From the IMG/VR virus record IMGVR_UViG_3300022309_000011, positions 1-42,873 of that record: a stretch of 42,873 bases of DNA. One strand, written 5' to 3'. Below are positions 1-8,866 of the stretch, piece by piece; within the stretch, counting starts at the first letter, position 1, and the number at the start of each line of letters is the position of its first letter. This stretch comes from a virus. Its lineage: Duplodnaviria; Caudoviricetes. Below the pieces are notes generated by a model, which did no database searches, had not been told where the DNA came from, and saw only the letters and a program-made list of their open reading frames with translations. Position numbers and translations under genes: made by a program.

Positions 1-2
1 AC

Positions 3-272
3 AAGCACACAATAACCACAGTTATTAATGCTGACACGGGGGAGGTTGATACCTATGACCACAAAGAACCGTTACCCTGGCTATCCGCTGAAAAAACAAG
101 CGAAATACGACTTGATTACGGGATTAAGGGGCATCCATATCCACAACCGGTTATACGGATTTCATTTCGTGCCGACTTGATTCAAATAAAATCGCTTCAT
201 TTTGGGATCAATACCACATTAGATTTTGACGGTGAATACTTTGCCGGTGGCGGGATAGGATGGAAGTTTTAA
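3..272 (+). CDS. C-terminal part of the last lysis-region gene (5' part at 42605-42873); possible spanin-like protein
   Basis: Open frame from nt 3 (KHTITTVINADTGEV...YFAGGGIGWKF*) with no start codon, ending just before a terminator. The C-terminus has alternating beta-strand character and ends in Phe. Confidence 0.65.
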   Translation, partial: KHTITTVINADTGEVDTYDHKEPLPWLSAEKTSEIRLDYGIKGHPYPQPVIRISFRADLIQIKSLHFGINTTLDFDGEYFAGGGIGWKF

Positions 273-273
273 A

Positions 274-295
274 AAAAGCCCCTTTCGGGGCTTTT
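274..295. terminator. Bidirectional rho-independent terminator
   Basis: AAAAGCCCC-TTTC-GGGGCTTTT between convergent late (+) and early (-) operons. Confidence 0.9.
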
Positions 296-315
296 GTGTT
301 TCCGTCAAAACTGAT

Positions 316-1200
316 TTAAACGGCCTTTGGCTGGCTTTGTTTGATTTTTGCTATTATCTGGTCAACCTCTGTAAAATAATCCACTGCGTTACCATTCCCG
401 CCTGAAATGTCGGTATGCATACGGCAAAGAAGTTCGTACATTTCCACGGATTCTTTTTTTACAGCCTTTTTAAACTCAGAATCCGGATCAACGTGTTTTT
501 GTGTAATCTTTGATTTTCCTGCTTCGGTTGCCCGTCCTTGAGCTTCCAAAAGCTTTTCTGTTGCCTTGTCGCCATATTTCACAAGTGCTTCAATTGCGGT
601 TGTGGCTGAAACGCTTTCTTCGATAACCATATTGCGTATTTCAATCGGCGCAGCCATAAGGCTTAAAAGATTATTCACATATTGGCTTGATACTCCGATT
701 CTTTCAGCTATTACCGGAATTTCATAGCCATATTTTGCAAGCCGTTTGCAGACAATCCCAAGTTCAAACGGGGTAAGGGGTTGGCCGCTATTACCGCGCA
801 CAAGGGCAACGGTCAAATCTTCCATTGATACGCCTGATTGACTTACGACAACCGGGACATGTGTAATTTCTGCCCCTTCAGAAATTGCCAATTTAACGGC
901 ATCAAGTCTGGTATGTCCATCTGTGATGTAAATAATTTGGTCATCGCCTTCTTTGGCAACATATCCAGCGAGGGGCTTGTGTTGATAGAACCCCTCGGAT
1001 TTCATCGAATCCGCATAAGTACGGACGCTGGCGGCATAAGATGGTCCGTGAATTCTGACGTTGAAATTTTCTATTACGCGAATACTATCAGGGGGCACCT
1101 GCCATAAGTCACGCGATGGCGCATTTGCTGACTTCATTGCCGACTTGATTGATCCAGGCGTTAAATTGATATTAAAAATCTCTTCTTGTATTGGTTGCAT
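316..1200 (-). CDS. ParB/Srx-domain protein with HTH
   Basis: ENFNVR...ITDGHTRLDA ParB N-terminal motif, then an N..Q.L.P.E helix and an HTH (IAERIGVSSQYV). Confidence 0.8.
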   Translation of the reverse strand: MQPIQEEIFNINLTPGSIKSAMKSANAPSRDLWQVPPDSIRVIENFNVRIHGPSYAASVRTYADSMKSEGFYQHKPLAGYVAKEGDDQIIYITDGHTRLDAVKLAISEGAEITHVPVVVSQSGVSMEDLTVALVRGNSGQPLTPFELGIVCKRLAKYGYEIPVIAERIGVSSQYVNNLLSLMAAPIEIRNMVIEESVSATTAIEALVKYGDKATEKLLEAQGRATEAGKSKITQKHVDPDSEFKKAVKKESVEMYELLCRMHTDISGGNGNAVDYFTEVDQIIAKIKQSQPKAV

Positions 1201-1226
1201 TTTTATAAATCCTTCCTTAGTTTGAG

Positions 1227-1397
1227 TTATTTCCAGTTGATTTTTTTTAATTCAATGATGCATGTTCCTTCTGCAATATCCGTTTTTGTTGTGCATGGTG
1301 CACCAAAATTCCACGGCTCCCACCAATCGGCAGAAAGATGCTCTGGAATTGCAATCTGCGGGTTAATTAGCAGAATGAAGGCGATGAATGCTTTCAC
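1227..1397 (-). CDS. Hypothetical protein (56 aa, hydrophobic N-terminus)
   Basis: Read manually: MKAFIAFILLINPQIAIPEH...KKINWK*. GTGA start/stop overlap with the upstream gene. Confidence 0.6.
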   Translation of the reverse strand: MKAFIAFILLINPQIAIPEHLSADWWEPWNFGAPCTTKTDIAEGTCIIELKKINWK

Positions 1398-1570
1398 AGC
1401 AATCCAAAATACCCAATTAAAAACGCACCAATCAAAACGAGCAAATAAAACAAAGCCAACTTGAAGAACAAATTCATATTGAATGGTATTGTTTCATTTT
1501 CAAAAGAATCGATTTCACATGTCGCGTCAATACTGATTATTGGATGAAGCGGGATAGTTGATTTTCTCAT
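1394..1570 (-). CDS. Hypothetical membrane protein (58 aa)
   Basis: Read manually: MRKSTIPLHP...LALFYLLVLIGAFLIGYFGLL*. Fills the operon gap, C-terminal TM helix. Confidence 0.6.
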   Translation of the reverse strand: MRKSTIPLHPIISIDATCEIDSFENETIPFNMNLFFKLALFYLLVLIGAFLIGYFGLL

Positions 1571-1571
1571 T

Positions 1572-1763
1572 TCATAATTTCCTTTTCTTCATTTTAATAA
1601 CGGACGGGCGAACTCTTTCTGCTTCTGTAACCACTGGATTATCTGGAATCGCCCATGATTTCCCCAGCCTTTTGACGCCTTTAATCCTGCCTTGCTCACA
1701 CAATACGCGAATGCGCCTTGCGCTTACATTGAGCTTTTCTGCTGCTTCTGTTGTGCCGATCAT
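1572..1763 (-). CDS. Small helix-turn-helix DNA-binding protein (HTH_17/excisionase-like)
   Basis: TTEAAEKLNVSARRIRVLCEQGRIKGVKRLGKSWAIP. Confidence 0.8.
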   Translation of the reverse strand: MIGTTEAAEKLNVSARRIRVLCEQGRIKGVKRLGKSWAIPDNPVVTEAERVRPSVIKMKKRKL

Positions 1764-1767
1764 TTTT

Positions 1768-1914
1768 TTACCTTAATCCCCAAAATATTAAACTCGAAAA
1801 AACAAATGCCCAAAAAATTACCTGGACAATATCTGTTTGGAATGCTTGAAAAACACATCGAATGCAATAATGAAAATTGCTTTCATGCCGCTGATGAAAT
1901 AAATTTTTATGCAT
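1768..1914 (-). CDS. Hypothetical small membrane protein (48 aa)
   Basis: ATG overlaps the upstream gene's end (ATGCATAA); hydrophobic C-terminus. Confidence 0.5.
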   Translation of the reverse strand: MHKNLFHQRHESNFHYCIRCVFQAFQTDIVQVIFWAFVFSSLIFWGLR

Positions 1915-2290
1915 TTTTACCCCCGGGAATAAGTTTAATTTTAGAATCAAATTCGTCTTTGATCCGTGTAATGGCCTCACATACTGCATGTTTGCTGTTT
2001 TTGATTGTCAGATTTCTGGCCGAAATAATTTGAATTTCATCCTGGCTTGCCCCTGCCAGTTCAATGCAGTCAATGTCTACGATTGGTTTATTTGCATTAT
2101 TGATATTCGTCAATGCGCGAAGAAATTCGCGTGATATGTTCGGGAACATTTGATAATCTTCCACGAACATTTCAAATGATGGAAGGTCATCATAGATAGA
2201 ATCCATAAGCCATTGCGTTGCGTATTCAATATCTGTCCGCAATTTCTCTTCGTGTATTTCTTGCTGTTTGTTTTCGTCTTTTGTATTCAT
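1907..2290 (-). CDS. Hypothetical protein
   Basis: 127-aa ORF with GGAGG RBS, tightly packed in the operon. Confidence 0.7.
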   Translation of the reverse strand: MNTKDENKQQEIHEEKLRTDIEYATQWLMDSIYDDLPSFEMFVEDYQMFPNISREFLRALTNINNANKPIVDIDCIELAGASQDEIQIISARNLTIKNSKHAVCEAITRIKDEFDSKIKLIPGGKNA

Positions 2291-2980
2291 TTAACCTCCC
2301 CATTGTTCAGCCATAGCGTTCGCAATCCCCTGATATGTGCGCGACCGTTCTTTCCATCTATCATCACTCGGGCAAAGTTTATTTTGGCCGCTGTCCGTCT
2401 GATTAGACCATCTCGGCTTGGCCACATTATCACCGTTGCAATTCGGACATCCGTATTTATCACCATTTTCAACAACTATACCGCAACACACCATGCGCGG
2501 CGCGATCTTCTTCGTTGGAATTAACTAATGAACACCGTGCAACCATAGACAAGTAGCCTTACTTGCATCATCACCAAACCAGTGTGGCTGTATGATCTGG
2601 TCAGGCTTTCGCACAAGTGTTGAAAGTTTTCCTATTGGATTTTCAACAACTCGGCGCGGGATGTGCGCAGTCTCTTTCCCGTCTATGAACATCCTAGCGA
2701 ATGCAAGTGCTTCTGTTACATGCTCAATGCGCGGCCTTCCATCTTTTTCAATACGCCCGCGTCCCACCCAATGCCACCCGCTGCCACAAAGATAAGTACA
2801 GTCTGGAAACGCTATTACCATATCCCATGAGTTTTGCAATAATGCGCGAACATCTCCGATGACATGGAACTGACTGTCATCCTCGCTTGGCAGCAAATCA
2901 CACGATATGGCATTATGCCCACGTGCACGGAATGCCTCACGCACCCGGCCCGAATATTCGCAAGCAATTAAAATATTCAT
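2291..2980 (-). pseudogene. Phage DNA (cytosine) methyltransferase-like gene interrupted by one in-frame TAG (2525-2527)
   Basis: N-terminal half MNILIACEYSGRVREAF...AFPDCTYL...VENP; the same frame continues after the TAG to RWKERSRTYQGIANAMAEQWGG, the typical C-terminus of this family. Confidence 0.75.
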
Positions 2981-3156
2981 TGTGTAGAACACTTTAAATC
3001 ATTAACGTGATATACAAATTGCGGATTTACAAAAAGTCCGCTATTTATATTTTCCACAAGAATTTTATCCCCTCTTATCTCAATAACAGAAAAAATAAGT
3101 TTTTCATCACCATGATCTAGTGCATCTTTAAAAACTACCGTGTTTCCTTTTTTCAT
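2977..3156 (-). CDS. Hypothetical protein (59 aa)
   Basis: Read manually: MKKGNTVVFKDALDHGDEK...KCSTQ*. AGGAG RBS and ATGA coupling to the next gene. Confidence 0.7.
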   Translation of the reverse strand: MKKGNTVVFKDALDHGDEKLIFSVIEIRGDKILVENINSGLFVNPQFVYHVNDLKCSTQ

Positions 3157-3182
3157 GTTTATTGCTCCTTTTCCATAATCAA

Positions 3183-3211
3183 ACTATACCGACAAGGGTA
3201 CAAAAAAGCAA
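3183..3211 (-). promoter_or_regulatory. Sigma70 promoter with operator-like palindrome
   Basis: TTGCTT-17 bp-TATAGT containing TACC-N6-GGTA. Confidence 0.75.
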
Positions 3212-3219
3212 CATTTATT

Positions 3220-3564
3220 TTAAAAATGCAGATCGAGCCTGTTTGCAGCTTCCATCGCGGTTTTTTCTTTTAGTTCTTTTTCTGTTTTAGATTGATCCCT
3301 CGGCTTGTGAATTAACCTGCGGTTTGATTCTGATACCTCGTAAATATTAATAGGTGATCCGCCGTTCTGGTTTGACTTTTCGCCTACTTTTACAATCTGC
3401 TTTCTATCGCAAAGCCACCAGGCTGAATAAGTTAGCGCCTTGGCGGGGATGTTGTTTTTTTCTGCAAATTTTTTTAAATCAAATACCGTAAATTTTGAAT
3501 GGGAAAAATTCTTTATCAAATACGGAAGCAGAATTTTGCTTGTGTGGTTTTTAATTCTGCTCAT
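3220..3564 (-). CDS. Hypothetical protein, possibly winged-helix
   Basis: 114-aa basic ORF in the operon. Confidence 0.6.
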   Translation of the reverse strand: MSRIKNHTSKILLPYLIKNFSHSKFTVFDLKKFAEKNNIPAKALTYSAWWLCDRKQIVKVGEKSNQNGGSPINIYEVSESNRRLIHKPRDQSKTEKELKEKTAMEAANRLDLHF

Positions 3565-3766
3565 TTACAATAACTTTCAGGGCAGTCCAATCAATAAGCA
3601 ATTCAAAATCATCATTCATGCTGATTTCAATATCAAGCGCCTTTTTATATTTCTTTTCATTGAGCGCATCTATTAATTCAGAAAGTTTTTTGTTGTATGT
3701 TGTTAAAATTTCACTCCAATCATGAATTAGCACTGGTTGTTTTTCTTCGATAATTTCAAAAGTCAT
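3551..3766 (-). CDS. Hypothetical protein
   Basis: 71-aa ORF overlapping the next gene. Confidence 0.6.
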   Translation of the reverse strand: MTFEIIEEKQPVLIHDWSEILTTYNKKLSELIDALNEKKYKKALDIEISMNDDFELLIDWTALKVIVNEQN

Positions 3767-3794
3767 TTTTAACCCCTATAAATTAAAATATCAA

Positions 3795-4478
3795 TTAATT
3801 CGAATAATTCTCCGCTTCAATGCGGGTTATAAAGAAATGTATTCCGTGCGAACACTCTTCGCGCAAATCAGGGTCGTATTTGTCTGGGATAACCTCTTCG
3901 CCGGTCTTGTAAAGCAGTTTGCCAGAATGTTTGTCATATGCTTCCTTTGCGCCAAATATTTCATGCACAAATGCTTTTGATGCCCTACATTTTCTTGATC
4001 CGATTGAATTCATGCGCTCGGCATCGTGCGGGATAACTAATCTCGCAATAAAATTACCTTGTAACTTTTTCCATCCAACAAATGCGCCTTCTATTGGGCA
4101 GATATTTTGTTGTGCAATTATTAATTCTCCGTTTTTAATATCAGCAAGGTTGGCATAGCGCAGGTTGGCAGAGCGCAGGTCGGCAGAGCTCAGGTCGGCA
4201 TAGCTCTGGTCGGCATAGCTCAGGTCGGCATAGCGCAGGTTGGCATAGCGCAGGTTGGCATAGCGCAGGTTGGCAGAGCGCAGGTCGGCAGAGCGCAGGT
4301 CGGCATAGCTCAGGTCGGCATAGCTCAGGTCGGCATAGCGCAGGTCGGCAGAGCTCAGGTCGGCATAGCGCAGGTTAATTTTTGATTTAAGTGCCGCCTC
4401 AACGCATAATTTCATTGATGATGTTTCAAGGCTGAAAATTATTGATCCATCAAATCTGTTTTTAATTTCAAATTTCAT
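3795..4478 (-). CDS. Pentapeptide-repeat protein with C-terminal DUF5758-like domain
   Basis: A(D/N)L(S/R)(Y/S) repeats, then FVGWKK...SRKCRAS...ECSHGIHFF. Confidence 0.85.
   Translation of the reverse strand: MKFEIKNRFDGSIIFSLETSSMKLCVEAALKSKINLRYADLSSADLRYADLSYADLSYADLRSADLRSANLRYANLRYANLRYADLSYADQSYADLSSADLRSANLRYANLADIKNGELIIAQQNICPIEGAFVGWKKLQGNFIARLVIPHDAERMNSIGSRKCRASKAFVHEIFGAKEAYDKHSGKLLYKTGEEVIPDKYDPDLREECSHGIHFFITRIEAENYSN
4143..4377 (-). repeat. 15-bp coding tandem repeat (pentapeptide repeats)
   Basis: About 15 units of GCA(T/G)AGC(G/T)CAGGT(C/T)G. Confidence 0.9.
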
Positions 4479-4480
4479 TT

Positions 4481-4963
4481 TTAAATTTCCTCTATAAATG
4501 ATTCGGCCATTATTTCAATTTCTTCGGGCGGCATATCTTTCCAGTAATTAGCTGCAATCCATCGGCAAAATGATCGGGCAATTTCATGCCTCTTCCCTTC
4601 GTCAATAGTTTCAAAATCAAGCGATAGAGGGTAGCGGTACTCCATTACGCTCATTCCTGGTATCACTACCCCGATAGAATCGCAATGAATATTCCCTTCT
4701 ATCTGCATACGCTTTAAAACTTGATGAGCATCCATCCCTTTGAATGTTTCAATGTGGATCGTACACAAAACGCCAATATAATGCACAAGCCGGTTAAACT
4801 TCGGATTGTTCAATTTCTTGAAAGTGCAGGTTACCAAATCCCCCATGTGATAATTACGCTCCCTCAATTTTGTTTGAGTGTAATTGTCTGCGGGTTCAAA
4901 TCCGCCTTTGATGACCCGCATCATGTATGTTGTGGGTTTTGATTTCTTTTTTAGTGGGATCAT
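4481..4963 (-). CDS. Hypothetical protein, possibly DUF1367/NinB-like
   Basis: 160 aa; NPKFNRL motif and SLDFETIDE resemble the NinB/DUF1367 group; adjacent to recombination genes. Confidence 0.5.
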   Translation of the reverse strand: MIPLKKKSKPTTYMMRVIKGGFEPADNYTQTKLRERNYHMGDLVTCTFKKLNNPKFNRLVHYIGVLCTIHIETFKGMDAHQVLKRMQIEGNIHCDSIGVVIPGMSVMEYRYPLSLDFETIDEGKRHEIARSFCRWIAANYWKDMPPEEIEIMAESFIEEI

Positions 4964-5184
4964 TATTCGTCAACATCATCAAAAATGCTTCTATTACCTT
5001 TTTCATCCAGAAGCATAGGATTATCAAGTACCTTTCTTTCAATCTGGCATAAAATTGTATTTTGCTTGACTGAAAGTTGTAACCTGTCTTTTATGCTTGG
5101 CAAGAATTCGAACTTTTCCCATGAGTTTAAATCACTGCCGACAGCTTCATCCAATATCCGTTTTACACGTTCATTAGGAGTCAT
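4963..5184 (-). CDS. Hypothetical protein
   Basis: 73-aa ORF coupled to both neighbours. Confidence 0.7.
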   Translation of the reverse strand: MTPNERVKRILDEAVGSDLNSWEKFEFLPSIKDRLQLSVKQNTILCQIERKVLDNPMLLDEKGNRSIFDDVDE

Positions 5185-6815
5185 TATTTGTTTTCCTTTG
5201 AAAATTCTTCAACAATCCATTGCTCGGCAATCGAATACTTGACCATATAAACTTTAGCCAATGCCTCGATCATTTGAATGCGGCTAGGTTTGCCGATTGT
5301 TTGCTTTGGCAATAATTCAGGGACGATTGGATTTTCAGTTGTTAATGATTGCTTAACAACTGAATTAGAATTATCTTCCTCAATCTTTGCGCGTTCTTCT
5401 GCACGAATCCTGGCATCTTCTGCTGCCAGCTTTGCCGCTGCTTCACGTTCTGCCTTGGCCGTGGCTTCAGCTTGCATCTTTGCACGTTCGGATTCAAGTC
5501 GTGCGGCCTCGCCAGCCTTGTGTTTTTCAATCCGGCTAGTGATTAGCAGTGTGAAGTCGTCCATCGGCTTGGCGATGATCTGCTGAAGGTCAGGTAATAG
5601 TGCGCTGTGACCGGCTGCATTGTCCTTGCACCATGCCAGCTTTGCGCGTACATCTTTCGCTACCTGATCGGCTGCAAATATTCCATCGCGCAGGGCAGTA
5701 TCAACGGCCTCTTGCATTGCTGAGAGCTTCTTCAAGCCCTTTATTACGCCAGCGAAATCAGGAACAAATGCATCACCAATACTAACCGGGAGTGTGATTG
5801 GTTTTATTTCGGATTCAAGCGAGTCAGCGTGTTCCCAGAATAATTTCTTGGCTTTTTCAATTATTGCCAGCTTGCGGCTTTCCTTTTCAGACTTAACAAG
5901 CTTGTCCAACATCAGGCGCTTTGAAGCAAGTTGCGCCTTGATGTGGTCTATCGTCTGGATAACCTCGTTAATGCTGGAGGTTTGCGCCAGCATGGATTTT
6001 TTAGCGCCTTCCAGGTCATCCTCGGCAGTTTTGCAGAATTTAACGTTGGCTTCGGCGTTTACAAAATCTTCATCCGTTACCAGTTCAGTCTTGATATTTG
6101 CAATAAAGGCATCAGCGGCCTTCTTGAATTCTGGCAGGTTGCTGGCCGTGACCATTCCAGTGGCTTGTACTGATACAGCAGGCAAGCCCATGATTTCATC
6201 GGCTACGGGTGAGGCTTTTTCTAAAATGTGCTGATAGTCGGCCAAGTCTTTTTTAAACTGATCCCATCCTGCAATGATGCGTTTGCGCAATACCAAATCT
6301 GGCATATACCATCCATGCACCTCTTCTGAAAGCGTTTCACCATCCCACTTTGAGGCCATGAATAGACATTTTTCTGCGCCTGAAATCATCAACTGATGTT
6401 CCATCTGCGCACGGTACATCTCAGAAAGTCCGCCAGTATTTCCGTTTGTTCCCATTGCAATGCGAATATCAGTATTCAGTGTTTTATGTTCAAAAATTGT
6501 TGTCTGGTCGAATGTGATTCCATCAAAGCTTGCAGAATACTCGCCTTCCACCCCTGTTACGGGTGACAAATCATCGCCAATTATTCCCTCTGCAATTGGT
6601 CGTGCAAGCGCCTCAAAACGATGACCATCGTTGAACCTACGTTGTGTTGCATCATCAACTTCCGGCATTATTCCTGTTGAACGTTCTTTCAATAATTCGT
6701 TACGGGTTTTATATTTGCTAATCCCAAGCATGGCCGGTGCATCGCTGGCATTAAATGATTTTGCGCGGTGCAAGTGCCATTCCGTTGTTCCCTGAACTAC
6801 GTTAATAATTTTCAT
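5184..6815 (-). CDS. YqaJ/lambda-exonuclease family protein with long coiled-coil C-terminus
   Basis: QGTTEWHLHR, ASDAPAMLGISKYKTR, GHRFE, SASFDG, FEHK, Y.AQMEHQL motifs. Confidence 0.9.
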   Translation of the reverse strand: MKIINVVQGTTEWHLHRAKSFNASDAPAMLGISKYKTRNELLKERSTGIMPEVDDATQRRFNDGHRFEALARPIAEGIIGDDLSPVTGVEGEYSASFDGITFDQTTIFEHKTLNTDIRIAMGTNGNTGGLSEMYRAQMEHQLMISGAEKCLFMASKWDGETLSEEVHGWYMPDLVLRKRIIAGWDQFKKDLADYQHILEKASPVADEIMGLPAVSVQATGMVTASNLPEFKKAADAFIANIKTELVTDEDFVNAEANVKFCKTAEDDLEGAKKSMLAQTSSINEVIQTIDHIKAQLASKRLMLDKLVKSEKESRKLAIIEKAKKLFWEHADSLESEIKPITLPVSIGDAFVPDFAGVIKGLKKLSAMQEAVDTALRDGIFAADQVAKDVRAKLAWCKDNAAGHSALLPDLQQIIAKPMDDFTLLITSRIEKHKAGEAARLESERAKMQAEATAKAEREAAAKLAAEDARIRAEERAKIEEDNSNSVVKQSLTTENPIVPELLPKQTIGKPSRIQMIEALAKVYMVKYSIAEQWIVEEFSKENK

Positions 6816-7678
6816 TTTGCATCCCCTTCAATTGTTGTCCATGAATTAATTGCTTCCAGCACATCATTTGGCAATTCGTATTTTGCCGATAGAAAGTCAA
6901 TTAGATTTTGCGCTGTTTCTTCGCCGCGTTCAATCATTGACTTTGGACTGAATTTTTTAACAACACCATCGGCGTCAACTTTGTCTTTTGTATATTTTGC
7001 CGTCAATTCTTCAATGGTCATTGTTTTACGCTCTGGCTTTAAATCTTTAACAACTGTCGCAGTTGATTCAATTGCCTGATCTTCCAGAATCTTACCTTCC
7101 ATTTCGTCCGCTGTTGGCTGTGATCCGCATTCGGGGAATGCCTTTCTCAATGCTTGCGCCTCTGCACATTTTGCAAGCTGTGCATATGGGCGTTTAATCC
7201 ACATCGTATTTGGCGCAATGCTCTTTTCCTTGCCGCCTTTCACTGCATAGTTTTCCTTCCATCGTTCGGTGGCTGAGAATTCTGCAATCGTGCCATTTGC
7301 CATCAATCGCTTGACCGTTACCTTGCATGACACCGGATATGTGATAGTCACGCCGCCAATATTCTCATTAACATCCGCGCCAAACTCTGCATCTGTTACA
7401 CCGGCATATTCACCTGAGCGAGCAGCTTGAGTTCGATACAGGCCGATACCGGGCATCACTACGTCACGCATTGCACCTGACTTGCTATCCCACATCGGGA
7501 CAATGTGTACCGGCTTTTGCATTGGATCAAGACCGCTAGCCTTGCAGTAACTTACAACAAGTTTAATACTGTCAAGCTGTGCACCAGGATAAAGAGAATT
7601 CCGAAGAACGTTTACAAGTTCAGATTCATCCATCGCAAGGGCTGGCAAGCCACTATTTGATTTCACAATGTCATTCAT
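6812..7678 (-). CDS. bet: Phage recombination protein Bet (RecT/Redbeta family)
   Basis: YCKASGLDPMQKPVHIVP, GIGLYRTQAARSGEYAG, W..RP..QLAKCAEAQALRKAFP. Confidence 0.92.
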   Translation of the reverse strand: MNDIVKSNSGLPALAMDESELVNVLRNSLYPGAQLDSIKLVVSYCKASGLDPMQKPVHIVPMWDSKSGAMRDVVMPGIGLYRTQAARSGEYAGVTDAEFGADVNENIGGVTITYPVSCKVTVKRLMANGTIAEFSATERWKENYAVKGGKEKSIAPNTMWIKRPYAQLAKCAEAQALRKAFPECGSQPTADEMEGKILEDQAIESTATVVKDLKPERKTMTIEELTAKYTKDKVDADGVVKKFSPKSMIERGEETAQNLIDFLSAKYELPNDVLEAINSWTTIEGDAK

Positions 7679-7715
7679 ATCTAAATTCCCTTTTAAAATT
7701 AATAAGCAGGATTAA

Positions 7716-7744
7716 ACTATACCGAAACAGGAATATGCAGTCAA
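7716..7744 (-). promoter_or_regulatory. Leftward early sigma70 promoter (PL-like)
   Basis: TTGACT-17 bp-TATAGT containing TTCC-N6-GGTA. Confidence 0.8.
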
Positions 7745-7766
7745 GTAAATTTTAACTTTGTTTTGA

Positions 7767-7796
7767 TTGCTTTTTAAAATAGATTCATGGTAATAT
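7767..7796 (+). promoter_or_regulatory. Rightward early promoter (PR-like)
   Basis: TTGCTT-18 bp-TAATAT with an extended -10 TGn, upstream of the cro-like gene. Confidence 0.55.
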
Positions 7797-7841
7797 TTTC
7801 CCGTCTTGAAGTGGTCAAGACCATAAAAGAAAGGTAACCTC

Positions 7842-8054
7842 ATGAAAGTAAATAAAGAAGATGTTATTCGTCACATTACCGGAAGCGGTAAAGATAATGC
7901 CGGATGCGCTCAAATACTCGGCTATGCCTTGCAAACCGTTTACAACTGGCCTAATCACATGGGCATCCAGGACATGAAGCGATTAGTAAAGCGCATGGAA
8001 GAAAGAGATTTGCCAATACCAGCGGCGTGGAAGAAATCTAAAAAGGCTAAGTAA
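7842..8054 (+). CDS. Cro-like HTH regulator
   Basis: NAGCAQILGYALQTVYNWP HTH; first gene of the rightward operon. Confidence 0.7.
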   Translation: MKVNKEDVIRHITGSGKDNAGCAQILGYALQTVYNWPNHMGIQDMKRLVKRMEERDLPIPAAWKKSKKAK

Positions 8055-8055
8055 T

Positions 8056-8835
8056 ATGCACTTTTACGAATGGAATATTGGCGAATATGCCAAAAAAACC
8101 AAACACCTCACGAACGAAGAGGATATAGCTTATCGCCGTGCGCTTGATATGTATTACGATACAGAAAAGCCATTGGAAACCCAAAATATCCCAGCGCTAT
8201 CCCGTAGGTTAATGGTTTCAGAAGATGCATTAAAAAATGTGATAAATGAGTTCTTTCCAGATGGTATAAATCAACATGCCGAGGAAAAAATAGCAGCTTA
8301 TTATGCTTTTATTGATAAGCAAAAAGCCAATGGCAGCAAGGGAGGTAGACCAAAAAGAACCCAAGCCTTTCCCAAGCCTAACCCAAAAAAACCCAAGCCA
8401 AAGCCATTACTAACTAATAACTACTTACCACTAACTACTGAACAATCAAAGTCAAAATCTTTGTCTGCGCAAAATGCGCAAACCTCAAAAAAAGGAACTC
8501 GATTAACATCTGATTGGGTATTGTCAAAATCATTGGGGGATTGGGCTTTAGCTGAAAAACCGCATCTTACCGCCGATAACATCCGGCGCATGGCTGAGTC
8601 ATTTCGGGATTACTGGATAGCGAAACCTGGCAAGGATGGCGTTAAACTCGACTGGGAGGCAACTTGGCGTAATTGGGTGCGCAAGGATACAACCGATTGG
8701 CAAAAATCGACGCAAGGCGGCTCAAATCAAACCGTATCGCCAGTTAAGCACATCTGCGAGATAGAAAATTGTGGAAAAGAGGCAAATACGAAGACGTCAA
8801 AAGGCCATAGATGCGTGGCACATATTGCAAAATAG
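8056..8835 (+). CDS. Replication initiation protein, YdaU/DUF1376 family
   Basis: MHFYEWNIGEY...HLTNEEDIAYRRALDMYYDTEKP, NGSKGGRP, C-terminal DWEATWRNWVR. Confidence 0.85.
   Translation: MHFYEWNIGEYAKKTKHLTNEEDIAYRRALDMYYDTEKPLETQNIPALSRRLMVSEDALKNVINEFFPDGINQHAEEKIAAYYAFIDKQKANGSKGGRPKRTQAFPKPNPKKPKPKPLLTNNYLPLTTEQSKSKSLSAQNAQTSKKGTRLTSDWVLSKSLGDWALAEKPHLTADNIRRMAESFRDYWIAKPGKDGVKLDWEATWRNWVRKDTTDWQKSTQGGSNQTVSPVKHICEIENCGKEANTKTSKGHRCVAHIAK
8358..8440 (+). repeat. Iteron-like repeats inside the replication gene (putative origin)
   Basis: CCCAAGCC x3 plus AACCCAA, then (C)TAACTA repeats; lambdoid origins lie inside the initiator gene. Confidence 0.5.
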
Positions 8836-8866
8836 AAATTAAATCATTAACTTTTAAGGGGATTTT

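Noticed and set aside
2525-2527. Genome-wide TAG recoding (alternative genetic code)
   Set aside because: Only one gene is interrupted. Other long genes are intact in code 11, TAG ends genes at 8835 and 31435, and no suppressor tRNA was seen.
4143-4377. Regular short repeats resembling a CRISPR array or VNTR
   Set aside because: Contiguous 15-bp units with no spacers, encoding in-frame pentapeptide repeats
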